A stretch of DNA of 64,000 nucleotides from a virus (lineage: Duplodnaviria > Heunggongvirae > Uroviricota > Caudoviricetes): IMG/VR virus record IMGVR_UViG_3300037461_000469, positions 93,752 to 157,751 of that record; one strand, given 5' to 3'. The notes below the pieces were generated by a model. That model was given only the letters and a program-made list of their open reading frames with translations, made no database searches and was not told the origin of the DNA. The position numbers were made by a program, and so were the translations under genes. Positions 33,369 to 41,784 of this stretch are shown here, in pieces (positions within the stretch are counted from its first letter, which is position 1; the number at the start of each line of letters is the position of its first letter).

Positions 33369-34021
33369 TTTTCTAAATATTCTCCTATCCAACCTTTGTG
33401 ATGTGGTCGTTTATTTTTAAGTACATCACAAATATGACCTCTATTTAAGTCGTGTTCTTTACAAAAAAGAGAATAAGATTTTATTTCATATTTTTTCCCT
33501 TCAGGAGAAATTAATCTGATTAATTTGGCTCGTGGGTGTAATTCCCCTCTGAAATCTGCGTGGTTATCTTTCATATGTTTTTTGTGTAATTCTGACTTAG
33601 GGCCTTTCATTTTTTCAATTGCTTTTAAAGGTCTGCGGATTCCTGTGTATTTTTCTTTCAATCTTTCTTTAATCTCTTCTTTACATTTTCTACCCAAACA
33701 ACCATTACCACCCTTTGTTAAATTCCACCCTGTTCTTTGTTCGGGGTCGTAGGTCTTTAATTCATCAATCCAAAACATTTCTCTTTCGTCTAAAATAAAT
33801 TTGAGATTTTTTGGGACTTCGTGATGAACCTCAATAACACGAAAACATTTTGGTTGAAAATATTTTCTCAAAGAGTTATGGAAATGGAAATTTGAATTTT
33901 TCGTTGTGAAATGTTCTTTTATTCTTCTTTTTAAATTTACGGCTTGGCCTACATAACCTTTACCACTAATCGTAAAAAGGTAAATGAATCCCCAAATCTT
34001 TTTATTTTCGTCTTGGTTCAT
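33365..34021 (-). CDS. GIY-YIG homing endonuclease with NUMOD-type C-terminus
   Basis: GFIYLFTISGKGYVGQA..L.RR.KEH...GWNLTKGG; C-terminal NRGHICDVLKNKRPHHKGW. Confidence 0.85.
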   Translation of the reverse strand: MNQDENKKIWGFIYLFTISGKGYVGQAVNLKRRIKEHFTTKNSNFHFHNSLRKYFQPKCFRVIEVHHEVPKNLKFILDEREMFWIDELKTYDPEQRTGWNLTKGGNGCLGRKCKEEIKERLKEKYTGIRRPLKAIEKMKGPKSELHKKHMKDNHADFRGELHPRAKLIRLISPEGKKYEIKSYSLFCKEHDLNRGHICDVLKNKRPHHKGWIGEYLEK

Positions 34022-34025
34022 TTGG

Positions 34026-34117
34026 CCCTCCACTTGGTCAAAATATAGTGTAGGTAATTCAAAATGAGTGGACATTTTGAAAGGGTAGCAACTCCTTGTC
34101 CCTACACTATTATTTAG
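34026..34117 (-). ncRNA. Structured cis leader RNA, copy C
   Basis: Outer arms 34045-54/34101-10; hairpin 34058-66/34073-81; loop TCCACT (minus) complementary to AGTGGA at 34029-34 in the RBS; CTAAATA variant at 34111-17. Confidence 0.75.
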
Positions 34118-34134
34118 TGTTTTCACATTAAACC

Positions 34135-34968
34135 TTACTCGTTGTCCTCTTCCAATTCCCCTTCACCGATAATAGCATCCACCTTCTCTTCGTCCTCTGC
34201 GTCAACAGCGGGAGCGATGATGGTCTTGGTGTGCGTAGTGCTTCCCTTCTCGACAAAAATCAGCGGACTGCCTGCCTTCAGGAACAGCGTGGTCTTGGAG
34301 CCTTCGTCCACGAGCGTGAACAGGCGGGATAGGTACGCCAACTTGGTGAGGAACTTGATTTCACTCTTGTCCTTTGCGTCCTTGCGGGTAACTTCCTTGA
34401 CCTCTTGCTCGTAGATGTTGTCGAACGACAACTCACCGATTTTCAGCGTCAGTTTGTTGTCTGCGCCAACGATAAGCGAAGCAAAATCGCTCAGGTCGTT
34501 CTTCAACCCGTCCTGAATCTCCTTGATTTCCTCTTGGGTCAGGCTGACGGAAACGTAGCCTGCCGTGTCGATTGCGGGAAGGGACACTTGTTGAATCGTG
34601 GTCTCGTCCAATTTCTTGTACGTGATTCGCTTCTTGTCGGACGTGAACAACAGATATCCGAAGTTCTCGCCGTGTTCTTCCATCTCTCCGTAAGTCGTAA
34701 CGGCCTTCAGGAATCCCTTGATGTTCTTCATTCCGAAACTCGTTCCCTTGAAGACGGGGGCTAGTTGCGTGGCTTGAACCATGTACGACATCGCATCGTC
34801 CACGACAAGCACAGTCGTAACTTCCTTCTCTTCCTTCTTCCCCTTCTCCTGCATCTTGATTCTCTTGATGAGGATATCGTCCTTCAGATTTTGAACCTTT
34901 TTTAAAAAGTTGAAATCTTTTTCTGTTACTTTCACCTTTTCAGGGGTGTTTTCTTTCTTCTCTTTCAT
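34135..34968 (-). CDS. Sliding clamp, T4 gp45-like
   Basis: Size and position upstream of gp44/gp62; FGMKNIKGFL and YKKLDETTI resemble gp45 motifs; acidic C-terminus. Confidence 0.7.
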   Translation of the reverse strand: MKEKKENTPEKVKVTEKDFNFLKKVQNLKDDILIKRIKMQEKGKKEEKEVTTVLVVDDAMSYMVQATQLAPVFKGTSFGMKNIKGFLKAVTTYGEMEEHGENFGYLLFTSDKKRITYKKLDETTIQQVSLPAIDTAGYVSVSLTQEEIKEIQDGLKNDLSDFASLIVGADNKLTLKIGELSFDNIYEQEVKEVTRKDAKDKSEIKFLTKLAYLSRLFTLVDEGSKTTLFLKAGSPLIFVEKGSTTHTKTIIAPAVDAEDEEKVDAIIGEGELEEDNE

Positions 34969-35435
34969 TTTTTCTCCTTTTTGTTTTTCCAAATATTTTT
35001 TAATTTTTCGCTTTGGTTATCTTTTTGTTCTTGTGTCCATTTATTTCCGAAATTGGGATTATTTTCTCCGAATCTACGAAGTCCAAATGTAGGACTTTTA
35101 CACCCAACTTTTCCAAACATCGGGTGTTTTTCTCCTTTTCTATCGGCATTACGACCTTTCTGGGTTCTATCAGTATTATTTTCTTTGATAGTTCCCACCC
35201 AAAGATGGTTAGGGTTGACACACTTGGGATTATCACAGGAATGACAAACACACAAACCTTTTGGAATTTCCCCTTTGAAAAGTTCGTAAGATATTCGGTG
35301 GGCGCGAAACCTCTTTTTATTCCATTTAACTATTCCATAATTTTCTATATCTGTAGAACCAATCCACTCCCAACATTCATCAGGTGTTCCTTGTTTGAAC
35401 TTACTTAGGAATCGTTGTCTATTTTTTTCTGTCAA
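34965..35435 (-). CDS. HNH endonuclease (HNH_3 type)
   Basis: CWEWIG...YG...RAHRISY...VCHSCDNPKCVNPNHLWVGT..EN. Confidence 0.9.
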   Translation of the reverse strand: MTEKNRQRFLSKFKQGTPDECWEWIGSTDIENYGIVKWNKKRFRAHRISYELFKGEIPKGLCVCHSCDNPKCVNPNHLWVGTIKENNTDRTQKGRNADRKGEKHPMFGKVGCKSPTFGLRRFGENNPNFGNKWTQEQKDNQSEKLKNIWKNKKEKK

Positions 35436-35439
35436 CGTT

Positions 35440-35631
35440 TTACTCCTTTTTTGTTAGTTGGTATATCCCCAATTCTGTTTTGTTTTTCTTCAATTCTCCG
35501 ACATCGTTGCAGATTTGTTTGAGAATCTCAACGTATTCTTGGTTCAATTTTATTAACCCGTCAATTTGCTCTTGTTGGTTTTTCAAAGTAGAACCAATCA
35601 TATCTATCCACTTTTGCAACTCTTCCATCAT
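35440..35631 (-). CDS. Small coiled-coil protein
   Basis: 63 aa ORF in operon. Confidence 0.5.
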   Translation of the reverse strand: MMEELQKWIDMIGSTLKNQQEQIDGLIKLNQEYVEILKQICNDVGELKKNKTELGIYQLTKKE

Positions 35632-35939
35632 TATTCCTTTACTTCCTCGTAGGTCTTTTCAAAGATGTCGGGCTTGCACGAATACAGTTCGCCGTTCACG
35701 CCTTGGATAATGAAGTCGTTCCACTCCACGGTCATTTTCCCTTCAAGCGTGTGAATCATCAGCCTGTCCTCGCCAGTGCCGTGAGGCCAATTTTCTGAAT
35801 TTACCGCACCGACTTCGTGCCACGGCTTGTTCCACGCAAGATTCAACCACTCAGGCCAATCTGAATTATCGTTCCTTCTTTCCTTCGTCATTTGGAAGGC
35901 TTCGATTACAACGGGCTTTTTTCTGAATTTGTAATTCAT
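35631..35939 (-). CDS. Conserved phage protein (KKPVVIEA family)
   Basis: MNYKFRKKPVVIEAFQ...IHTLEG...DFIIQGVNGELYSCKPDIFEKTYE. Confidence 0.8.
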   Translation of the reverse strand: MNYKFRKKPVVIEAFQMTKERRNDNSDWPEWLNLAWNKPWHEVGAVNSENWPHGTGEDRLMIHTLEGKMTVEWNDFIIQGVNGELYSCKPDIFEKTYEEVKE

Positions 35940-36172
35940 CTTTTGATTCTCCTTTTTGCAGTCAGCAGTTTCAGTAGGCCGTAAATTCCGAAACCGATTG
36001 CTCCGATTCCCACCACTAGACCCAACGGAATCCACAGGGGGGATGTTACCCACCACCATGACCAATTGATGTTCCCTGTCAGTTTCAGTACAAGAAACAC
36101 GATGAACAGGACGGCAGAAAGACCCACCCCGCCCGAACTACCTGAATTGTTATTTGTTGACATTTTATTCAC
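35936..36172 (-). CDS. Small membrane protein (WSWWWV family)
   Basis: LFIVFLVLKLTGNINWSWWWVTSPLWIP. Confidence 0.75.
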   Translation of the reverse strand: MNKMSTNNNSGSSGGVGLSAVLFIVFLVLKLTGNINWSWWWVTSPLWIPLGLVVGIGAIGFGIYGLLKLLTAKRRIKR

Positions 36173-36183
36173 TCCTTACTTAA

Positions 36184-36215
36184 ATTATACCACAATTAGT
36201 AGTCATTATACCACA
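36184..36215 (-). promoter_or_regulatory. Extended -10 promoter motif TGTG(G/A)TATAAT, tandem pair
   Basis: Copies at 36184-94 and 36205-15; same motif at 9859, 12583, 13162, 29863, 37518, 41708 and 55187, each just upstream of a minus-strand start. Confidence 0.75.
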
Positions 36216-36216
36216 A

Positions 36217-36843
36217 TTAGCAACAAACCGTTTCCTCGTTAAAAATAGCGGGCAAACGTTTGTTAAATATTCTGTACACCTGACCCATCAATTCCTTCAT
36301 CTGCGGGTGTACTCCCTTTGCTTGTCTCAGGTTCAGGATGTAGAGCCATTCTCTTAGGTTGCACGTCATTACGATATCCGTAGCCAATGACATCGGCAAA
36401 ACGCTTCTAGCGATTTGGGGCTTCAGCGTTTGAAGCAGTTCGTGATAGGATTCTTCGGCATTGAGCATCGCTTTTTGCCACGGAGACATTTCGAAGTTAT
36501 TTTCCTTTACTCTGCCGTCTTCATCGTAGAAAGGCCAAATGAAATTCACACTATCCCCGTACTTGATGTACCGTGTCGATTCCACAGAGTAACTTACAAG
36601 GCGGTGGCGTGTGATTTCAGCCAACATCCCCCTGTCGGTAATCAGTCTTACGGTCAAGTTGATGTGTTCCAAGACGGACATATGCTTCCGCTGTAGGAGC
36701 ATCTTGATGAAGCCAAGATAGGAATGTGCTGAAATTTTGTGTTCAGACTTGTAGCAGTTCCTTCCGTAGAGTTCTAGCCGCTGTAGAATCTCTGTTTGAT
36801 TAACGTCTGTTAGTAATTCTGCTGTTTGGTGAATTATTTTCAT
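36217..36843 (-). CDS. thyX: Flavin-dependent thymidylate synthase
   Basis: HMSVLEH; EITRHRLVSYSVESTRY (RHRx7S motif); ARSVLP; NLREW. Confidence 0.93.
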   Translation of the reverse strand: MKIIHQTAELLTDVNQTEILQRLELYGRNCYKSEHKISAHSYLGFIKMLLQRKHMSVLEHINLTVRLITDRGMLAEITRHRLVSYSVESTRYIKYGDSVNFIWPFYDEDGRVKENNFEMSPWQKAMLNAEESYHELLQTLKPQIARSVLPMSLATDIVMTCNLREWLYILNLRQAKGVHPQMKELMGQVYRIFNKRLPAIFNEETVCC

Positions 36844-37075
36844 ATGTTTTTACCTCTTTTATTCTACGGGGATAATATCCTGACCGCCACAAAATCCAAA
36901 CCCGCAATCTGTACCACACGCTTCTTTCTATTGGGCAGCGGCTTTTTTTCCCGCCACCCGCCAAGAACCAAACACAATGGTCTCGGTCAACTTTCGTGGG
37001 GTCGAACGGCAATAAATCTCCTGAAGAGTTTGCTAGGTCGTACCATTCAAAGTCTTTGCACTTTTTACAGTTCAT
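36800..37075 (-). CDS. Cys-rich hypothetical protein
   Basis: Start at MNCKKC; CVW...CP. Confidence 0.5.
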   Translation of the reverse strand: MNCKKCKDFEWYDLANSSGDLLPFDPTKVDRDHCVWFLAGGGKKSRCPIERSVWYRLRVWILWRSGYYPRRIKEVKTYENNSPNSRITNRR

Positions 37076-37077
37076 TC

Positions 37078-37500
37078 TTACCGAAACTCTTTCTTCAGGG
37101 CGGCTAGTACCTGTTTCCTGAACTCCTTCTCGTCCTTGTCGTAGTAAGAGTTCATGTCCAAGTACGTAGACATAATGGCGTGGTCTTCCTTTTCGAACCA
37201 TCTCAGCGTTTCGTTCCTGAGCATTTCATTCACCTTGGGGTCGATATCGACAAAGGCCGCAAGTTTCCGATGGACTTCGTTCTCCCCTGCGCTGAGAATG
37301 TTGTGAAGGTTATTCATGCATCGGCTGAACTCTTCCTGATTCTGACCGTACATCCCCATCTCTTGACGCAATTCTCCTGTAGCGACCCTGCTGATGAAAA
37401 AGAGCAGTTCGTTCATCAATTTGATGTGGGTCAGTTTCTTTTTCTGAATTTGTACGACTTCAGCGATATAGTCTTTAGGTTCATCCTTTTTCTTTTTCAT
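37078..37500 (-). CDS. Hypothetical protein
   Basis: 140 aa ORF; promoter motif at 37518. Confidence 0.6.
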   Translation of the reverse strand: MKKKKDEPKDYIAEVVQIQKKKLTHIKLMNELLFFISRVATGELRQEMGMYGQNQEEFSRCMNNLHNILSAGENEVHRKLAAFVDIDPKVNEMLRNETLRWFEKEDHAIMSTYLDMNSYYDKDEKEFRKQVLAALKKEFR

Positions 37501-37556
37501 TCTTCACTCCTACCTTAATTATACCACAGTTTGTAGTAGGGTTGGGGAACAGACCC

Positions 37557-38009
37557 TTACTTAATCTCGATTTTCTTGGCTGACTTCTTGTTGATTTTTC
37601 TACCGATGGTTAGGGTCAGCACTCCGTTCTCCATCTTGGTATCGACTTTTTCCAAGTCCACATCTTCGGGAAGCCTGAAGGTTCTGCTGAACCTACGATA
37701 ACTTCTCTCGGAGACGATATATTCGATACCATCTTTCTTTTCTTTTGGTTTCCTCTCCGCTGATATCGTCATTACTCCTTCCTCGACATCAACGTGAACA
37801 TCATCTTTCGTCAGACCTGGGACATCTACCGAAATGGTGTAGTCCTTCTCGGTCTTTTCAAAATCCATCGAACCCATTCTTTCATCCCACGGTATCAGTT
37901 TACTGAAGAATGAATCTTCATTGTCATCAAAAAACTGTTGAAACCACGGCTCAAAAATTGAACGTGGGCGTAGCATTGGACTGAATTTTTTTGTTGGTAG
38001 CATTGTCAT
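37557..38009 (-). CDS. Small heat-shock protein (Hsp20/alpha-crystallin)
   Basis: VDVPGLTKDDV.V...ER....FSRTFRLPEDVD...NGVLTLTI; AGGAGG RBS; late motif at 38075-38081. Confidence 0.93.
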   Translation of the reverse strand: MTMLPTKKFSPMLRPRSIFEPWFQQFFDDNEDSFFSKLIPWDERMGSMDFEKTEKDYTISVDVPGLTKDDVHVDVEEGVMTISAERKPKEKKDGIEYIVSERSYRRFSRTFRLPEDVDLEKVDTKMENGVLTLTIGRKINKKSAKKIEIK

Positions 38010-38077
38010 AGTTTTTCCTCCTATTTCTGACTGCTGTGGCTTATCCCGCCACGGGTTGTTCCCCAACCCATCATTAT

Positions 38078-38368
38078 TTATTGTTTTTCTATCCAAGAGT
38101 ATCCACAAGTTTCTAAAAGTTCATCCCCAAATGGATATAAAATACACCGAAATGGTTTGTTGAGCCACGGAATGTCGTGGTTCCTGTATTTTACTAGTCC
38201 TTTTTCGAACTCGCAAGCGTAGACTGCTTGACCATTATCGGATTCCAAGATAAGATGTTTGCAATCTATATGCTTGCAACATTCTCCGCACCTACGACAA
38301 TGGCCTGTTCTTACTTTGTTACCGTGGGCCAAATAATCCCTGTTATTACCATCTAATTCTATTTTCAT
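38078..38368 (-). CDS. YkgJ-like Cys cluster protein
   Basis: CRRCGECC...C..L...C...C.LYPF. Confidence 0.65.
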   Translation of the reverse strand: MKIELDGNNRDYLAHGNKVRTGHCRRCGECCKHIDCKHLILESDNGQAVYACEFEKGLVKYRNHDIPWLNKPFRCILYPFGDELLETCGYSWIEKQ

Positions 38369-38372
38369 CTTT

Positions 38373-38945
38373 CTAAAATTGATACAACAAAATCACATCG
38401 TTCCAAAGGTTATTTTTCAGCCTTCTGTCTATCACAGTAGGGATTTTTTTCGTGGAAAAGTACGGAAGGTCGTTATTAATATCGTCCACGTCCTCAATCA
38501 GATACATCCCGCCATCTACCACCCGCTTGCTGAAAATATTGAACACCCGCATTTGGGATTCCTTGTCGTGTGCCGCATCATCTAGAATGATATCGAAGCG
38601 CAAATCCTTCAAGGCGGCATCGGCTGCGGGCTCGTTTGTCGCATCTAAAATAAACGTCTTGATATCATCCTTGGGTTTGAAATCATCAAACTGTTTGAAA
38701 ATATCAATCCCGTAGATGTAGGCCTTCGGGAAGTACTCACGCCACATCAGCAGGCTCCCGCCTTTGCTAATTCCGATTTCCAAGAAATTTATCGGTTGGT
38801 CAACGTACTTGTCGAGCAATAGGTCGTAGATTTCGCAGAAGGTGTGGCCTAGGGGAGTCCCTGGTCGCAACGTTCCGATTCCCTTATCCGTGTAGCGGTT
38901 CGGATGATTTGTGATGATGTCGTTGTAGATTTCTTGCAGTCGCAT
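38373..38945 (-). CDS. Class I SAM-dependent methyltransferase
   Basis: NFLEIGISKGGSLLMWREYFP...GIDI...DIILDDAAH...GGMYLIED. Confidence 0.85.
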   Translation of the reverse strand: MRLQEIYNDIITNHPNRYTDKGIGTLRPGTPLGHTFCEIYDLLLDKYVDQPINFLEIGISKGGSLLMWREYFPKAYIYGIDIFKQFDDFKPKDDIKTFILDATNEPAADAALKDLRFDIILDDAAHDKESQMRVFNIFSKRVVDGGMYLIEDVDDINNDLPYFSTKKIPTVIDRRLKNNLWNDVILLYQF

Positions 38946-39295
38946 TACACTTTCCCGACAGGTAACAACCGCTTCCTTTCCTGAAGCCCCCGAACCTTAA
39001 TTTTCCTTCGTCTGCCTGTGGCCTCTTTCTTTCTCTTGTAGAGTAGTTTTTGGTCAGGGCGTTGGTCTTGGAGTTCAATTTTTTTGACCCCAGGAACAGT
39101 CGTAGGGTCGATTGAAGCGTTGAAGTTCGTTGTCTGCCACCCCTCTCCCTTGAAGGTGATTGCGGGGGCAGTCGGCTGTTTGTCGAATCCTTCCGTGCTT
39201 CCGCATTTCGGACAGGCGGGTTTGGAACTCGCCTTTAGTTTGTAAAAATCAAAATTCGTTTTACACTTTTGGCACTTCAGAATATATACGGGCAT
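38945..39295 (-). CDS. FmdB-family Zn-ribbon protein
   Basis: MPVY..KC.KC...CPKCG...F.GEGW. Confidence 0.8.
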   Translation of the reverse strand: MPVYILKCQKCKTNFDFYKLKASSKPACPKCGSTEGFDKQPTAPAITFKGEGWQTTNFNASIDPTTVPGVKKIELQDQRPDQKLLYKRKKEATGRRRKIKVRGLQERKRLLPVGKV

Positions 39296-39518
39296 ATTCG
39301 CTCTTCTCCTTAAACATTTCAATATTGCTGAACACCAAATCCTTCAAGAAGGTTTCTAGAGTTGGTGCTGTTGTCAAATTCTTTATTTTGTAGGCTTGGT
39401 AGAGTTTCGTTATCAGGTCTAACTCGTCCTCGGAAATCTTATAATTGACCTTTAAATCCTCTGTAGTAACCTTTTTGCTTATCCTAGAATTGAACACTAC
39501 CCCTTGTCTCATTTTCAT
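39261..39518 (-). CDS. Hypothetical protein (possible ribbon-helix-helix)
   Basis: 85 aa ORF; late motif at 39535-39541. Confidence 0.5.
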   Translation of the reverse strand: MKMRQGVVFNSRISKKVTTEDLKVNYKISEDELDLITKLYQAYKIKNLTTAPTLETFLKDLVFSNIEMFKEKSEYARIYSEVPKV

Positions 39519-39537
39519 TCCTGCTCCTCTACTCTAT

Positions 39538-40377
39538 TTATTGAGAGATGCCTTTTGACGTATTTCCGTGGTCGATGTAGGAAGCGGTGGTAGTGGGTTC
39601 GTAATTCATAGCCATCTTCATAAACTTGGATTTCATAACTGTAGGTGCGTAGGAATAGTTGGGTTTTTCAGGGTCAGTTCCGTTGTTGTAGTAGAACAAG
39701 GCCAATTTCTTCTGTTCATTCGGGTCTGACACGATGCGAGATGCTATGCCAAGGTAATAGTTGTAGATTTCCAATCCTACTCTGATATTTGTTTTCTTAT
39801 CAAAGATATTGGACATAGTTAAACCCTTCTCTTCTTCCCAATACTTTTTGTTAATTTGCATCAGACCGTAGGCGCAAGGAACCTGTTTTAGTTGCCCATC
39901 TTCTTTATCAACTTTCCAAATTAGACTTACGGCTGTTTGCTGAAACCCCGATTCAGCCCACATAATGCTCAGGGTGTCCCAAGGACTAGTGTTCTGCTTG
40001 ACTGACTCTTCGTAAGCAATCGTGATGGTCTCAAAGAAATCAGGGTCTTTGTGTTCGTAAATCGTCTTCACGAACTTGTAGTAGTCGTAATCCTTCGTCA
40101 ACTTGGAGTAAAAGTCTCTTTCGTTCCGCACCTTCTGATGTTCGAAGGCAAGCCAACTCAGGCTTCCCGTCCGCTGTTTGAGTTGCTGTTCCGTCTTGGT
40201 CAGGGTATCGATAGTCCCTAAAAGACAGAGCGTAAGAATCCCGATAATCCCCAAAAGGAACTTAGATTTGTTCCTTTTAAGCCAATGTTCTTTTGTACTT
40301 CCCGGGTCGATAATCTCCGTCTCGACCTCGGTTGGTTCCTGAACTTCCGAAGCCTCACTTATTAAAATATTTTCCAT
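39538..40377 (-). CDS. Membrane-anchored lytic transglycosylase (SLT domain)
   Basis: AESGF..AVS...AYGLMQI...NI..G...AL..YNNG; TM helix near residues 40-57; late motif at 40460-66. Confidence 0.85.
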   Translation of the reverse strand: MENILISEASEVQEPTEVETEIIDPGSTKEHWLKRNKSKFLLGIIGILTLCLLGTIDTLTKTEQQLKQRTGSLSWLAFEHQKVRNERDFYSKLTKDYDYYKFVKTIYEHKDPDFFETITIAYEESVKQNTSPWDTLSIMWAESGFQQTAVSLIWKVDKEDGQLKQVPCAYGLMQINKKYWEEEKGLTMSNIFDKKTNIRVGLEIYNYYLGIASRIVSDPNEQKKLALFYYNNGTDPEKPNYSYAPTVMKSKFMKMAMNYEPTTTASYIDHGNTSKGISQ

Positions 40378-40465
40378 CCAATTACCTCCTTTGATGGTGT
40401 AGTTTGTTTAGAACTGCTTATCGTGGGGCGGTAAGGCCTCGGATAGAAGTATTCATTTGTATTTA

Positions 40466-41095
40466 TCACTTTACCCTCTTTCCTTTTTCTAAATTCTCTC
40501 CAGCCCACATCGGTTGAAGATTTGTGTAGTGGTTGGCTTTCAAAAATTCTTCTCTGTTTTGAAGGTTAAAGGATACTAGGGGGATAATATGGTCAATGTG
40601 CCAACCTTTAAAGCCGTAATTTTTCCAACTCATTCCATCTTGAAATTTGGATTCCAAGTAGAGTTTAAATTCAGGAATAGAACACCCTAAATCTCTAACT
40701 GCGGAACCTGATTTTTGACTATGTTTTATTGCTATTCTTAATCTATTGCGTAAATAATGGGCCAATTTAAAATTAATATCCGTTTTTAATTTACGATTAG
40801 TGTTGTTTTTTGTGGATATTGCTATTTCTTTTTTATGTGTTTTTCTCCATTCCTGCATCCTAGATTTTATTGTTTTTTTATTTTTTTCATAATATTCATG
40901 TTTTTTTCTACTTATTTCTTCTTTATGAATATCACGATATTTTTTAGATTTTTCTATTTGTTCTTTTTTATTTTTTTCGTAATATTCATGTTTTTTTTCA
41001 TTTATTTCTTTTTTATGAAGTTTGCGATATTTTCTAGATTTTTCTATTTGTTCTTTCCTATGTGCTTGATAATATTCTTTGTATGTTTTATTCAT
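40466..41095 (-). CDS. HNH endonuclease (paralog 3 of 3)
   Basis: Same C-terminal core as 192 and 20254 ORFs; 30-aa tandem duplication KKEQIEKS.KYR..HK.EI..KKHEYYEKN. Confidence 0.85.
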   Translation of the reverse strand: MNKTYKEYYQAHRKEQIEKSRKYRKLHKKEINEKKHEYYEKNKKEQIEKSKKYRDIHKEEISRKKHEYYEKNKKTIKSRMQEWRKTHKKEIAISTKNNTNRKLKTDINFKLAHYLRNRLRIAIKHSQKSGSAVRDLGCSIPEFKLYLESKFQDGMSWKNYGFKGWHIDHIIPLVSFNLQNREEFLKANHYTNLQPMWAGENLEKGKRVK

Positions 41096-41103
41096 ACTAC
41101 TAT

Positions 41104-41520
41104 TTATTGTTTTGCGTTTTCATTATCGTCCCAAAGCAAGAAAAGGATACAACAGAGTGCATGGGCTAGGTGGTTTCTCCCTGATTCGGGGTCGAGCCGT
41201 TCACCCATGAACCACTTCGTCAAATGTCGCATCGATGCGGCAAAGTAACGGGTTCTCCGATTCGGGACGTGTTGCCAATTGTTGTCAGCGTACTTCTTTG
41301 CCCCGAAGGTCAGGATATCGACAATCTCCGATACCTCTTCCCACGGGAGCAAGTCCCACCGTAATTTTTCTCCGTCAAATTTAATTCCTAATTCTCCGTT
41401 CTTTGCTTTCCTTCGCAGTTCTTCCTCTTCCTCAGTAAAAGTCAGCCTTTCTGTAGGAGGATTCCCCGAAGGCTCAGGTCGAGAGTGTGTTATTGACTTT
41501 TCTAAATCTTCAACTTTCAT
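41104..41520 (-). CDS. dATP/dGTP diphosphohydrolase domain (DUF5664-like)
   Basis: K.D..KLRWDLLP...L.FGAKKY..NNW...RH...GE..DPESG..HLAHA. Confidence 0.85.
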   Translation of the reverse strand: MKVEDLEKSITHSRPEPSGNPPTERLTFTEEEEELRRKAKNGELGIKFDGEKLRWDLLPWEEVSEIVDILTFGAKKYADNNWQHVPNRRTRYFAASMRHLTKWFMGERLDPESGRNHLAHALCCILFLLWDDNENAKQ

Positions 41521-41690
41521 TTTTCTTTTTCCACAAAATCGACCACTTTCTGAAGGTCTCGGATGAATCTCCTGATACCCGCTTCGTCCCCTATAACTGG
41601 GCCGTGTTTTGCCATAAATTCTTCGATGGGGTCGAGTTTTTCCTCACGCATAGCCTTTTTAAAAACATTCTTATAAGTAGGTACTTTCAT
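41517..41690 (-). CDS. Small hypothetical protein (57 aa, not in ORF track)
   Basis: Read manually: MKVPTYKNVF...; ATGA overlap with next gene; promoter motif at 41708. Confidence 0.5.
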   Translation of the reverse strand: MKVPTYKNVFKKAMREEKLDPIEEFMAKHGPVIGDEAGIRRFIRDLQKVVDFVEKEK

Positions 41691-41727
41691 TCTTTACTCC
41701 TACATTAATTATACCACAAACTGTAAC

Positions 41728-41763
41728 AAAAAGAAGGGCTAGAACTTGCGTCCTAGCCCCTCC
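41728..41763 (-). terminator. Intrinsic terminator
   Basis: Minus GGGCTAG-GACGCAAGTT-CTAGCCC then TTCTTTTT. Confidence 0.75.
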
Positions 41764-41784
41764 GAACTCTGAAAATAGTCTTAA

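Noticed and set aside
40380-40460. Riboswitch in the 80-nt leader of the transglycosylase gene
   Set aside because: Only a weak single-copy stem; no conserved aptamer motif recognised.
41104-41520. Claim of a 2-aminoadenine (dZ) genome
   Set aside because: No purZ in the window; the hydrolase alone is insufficient.
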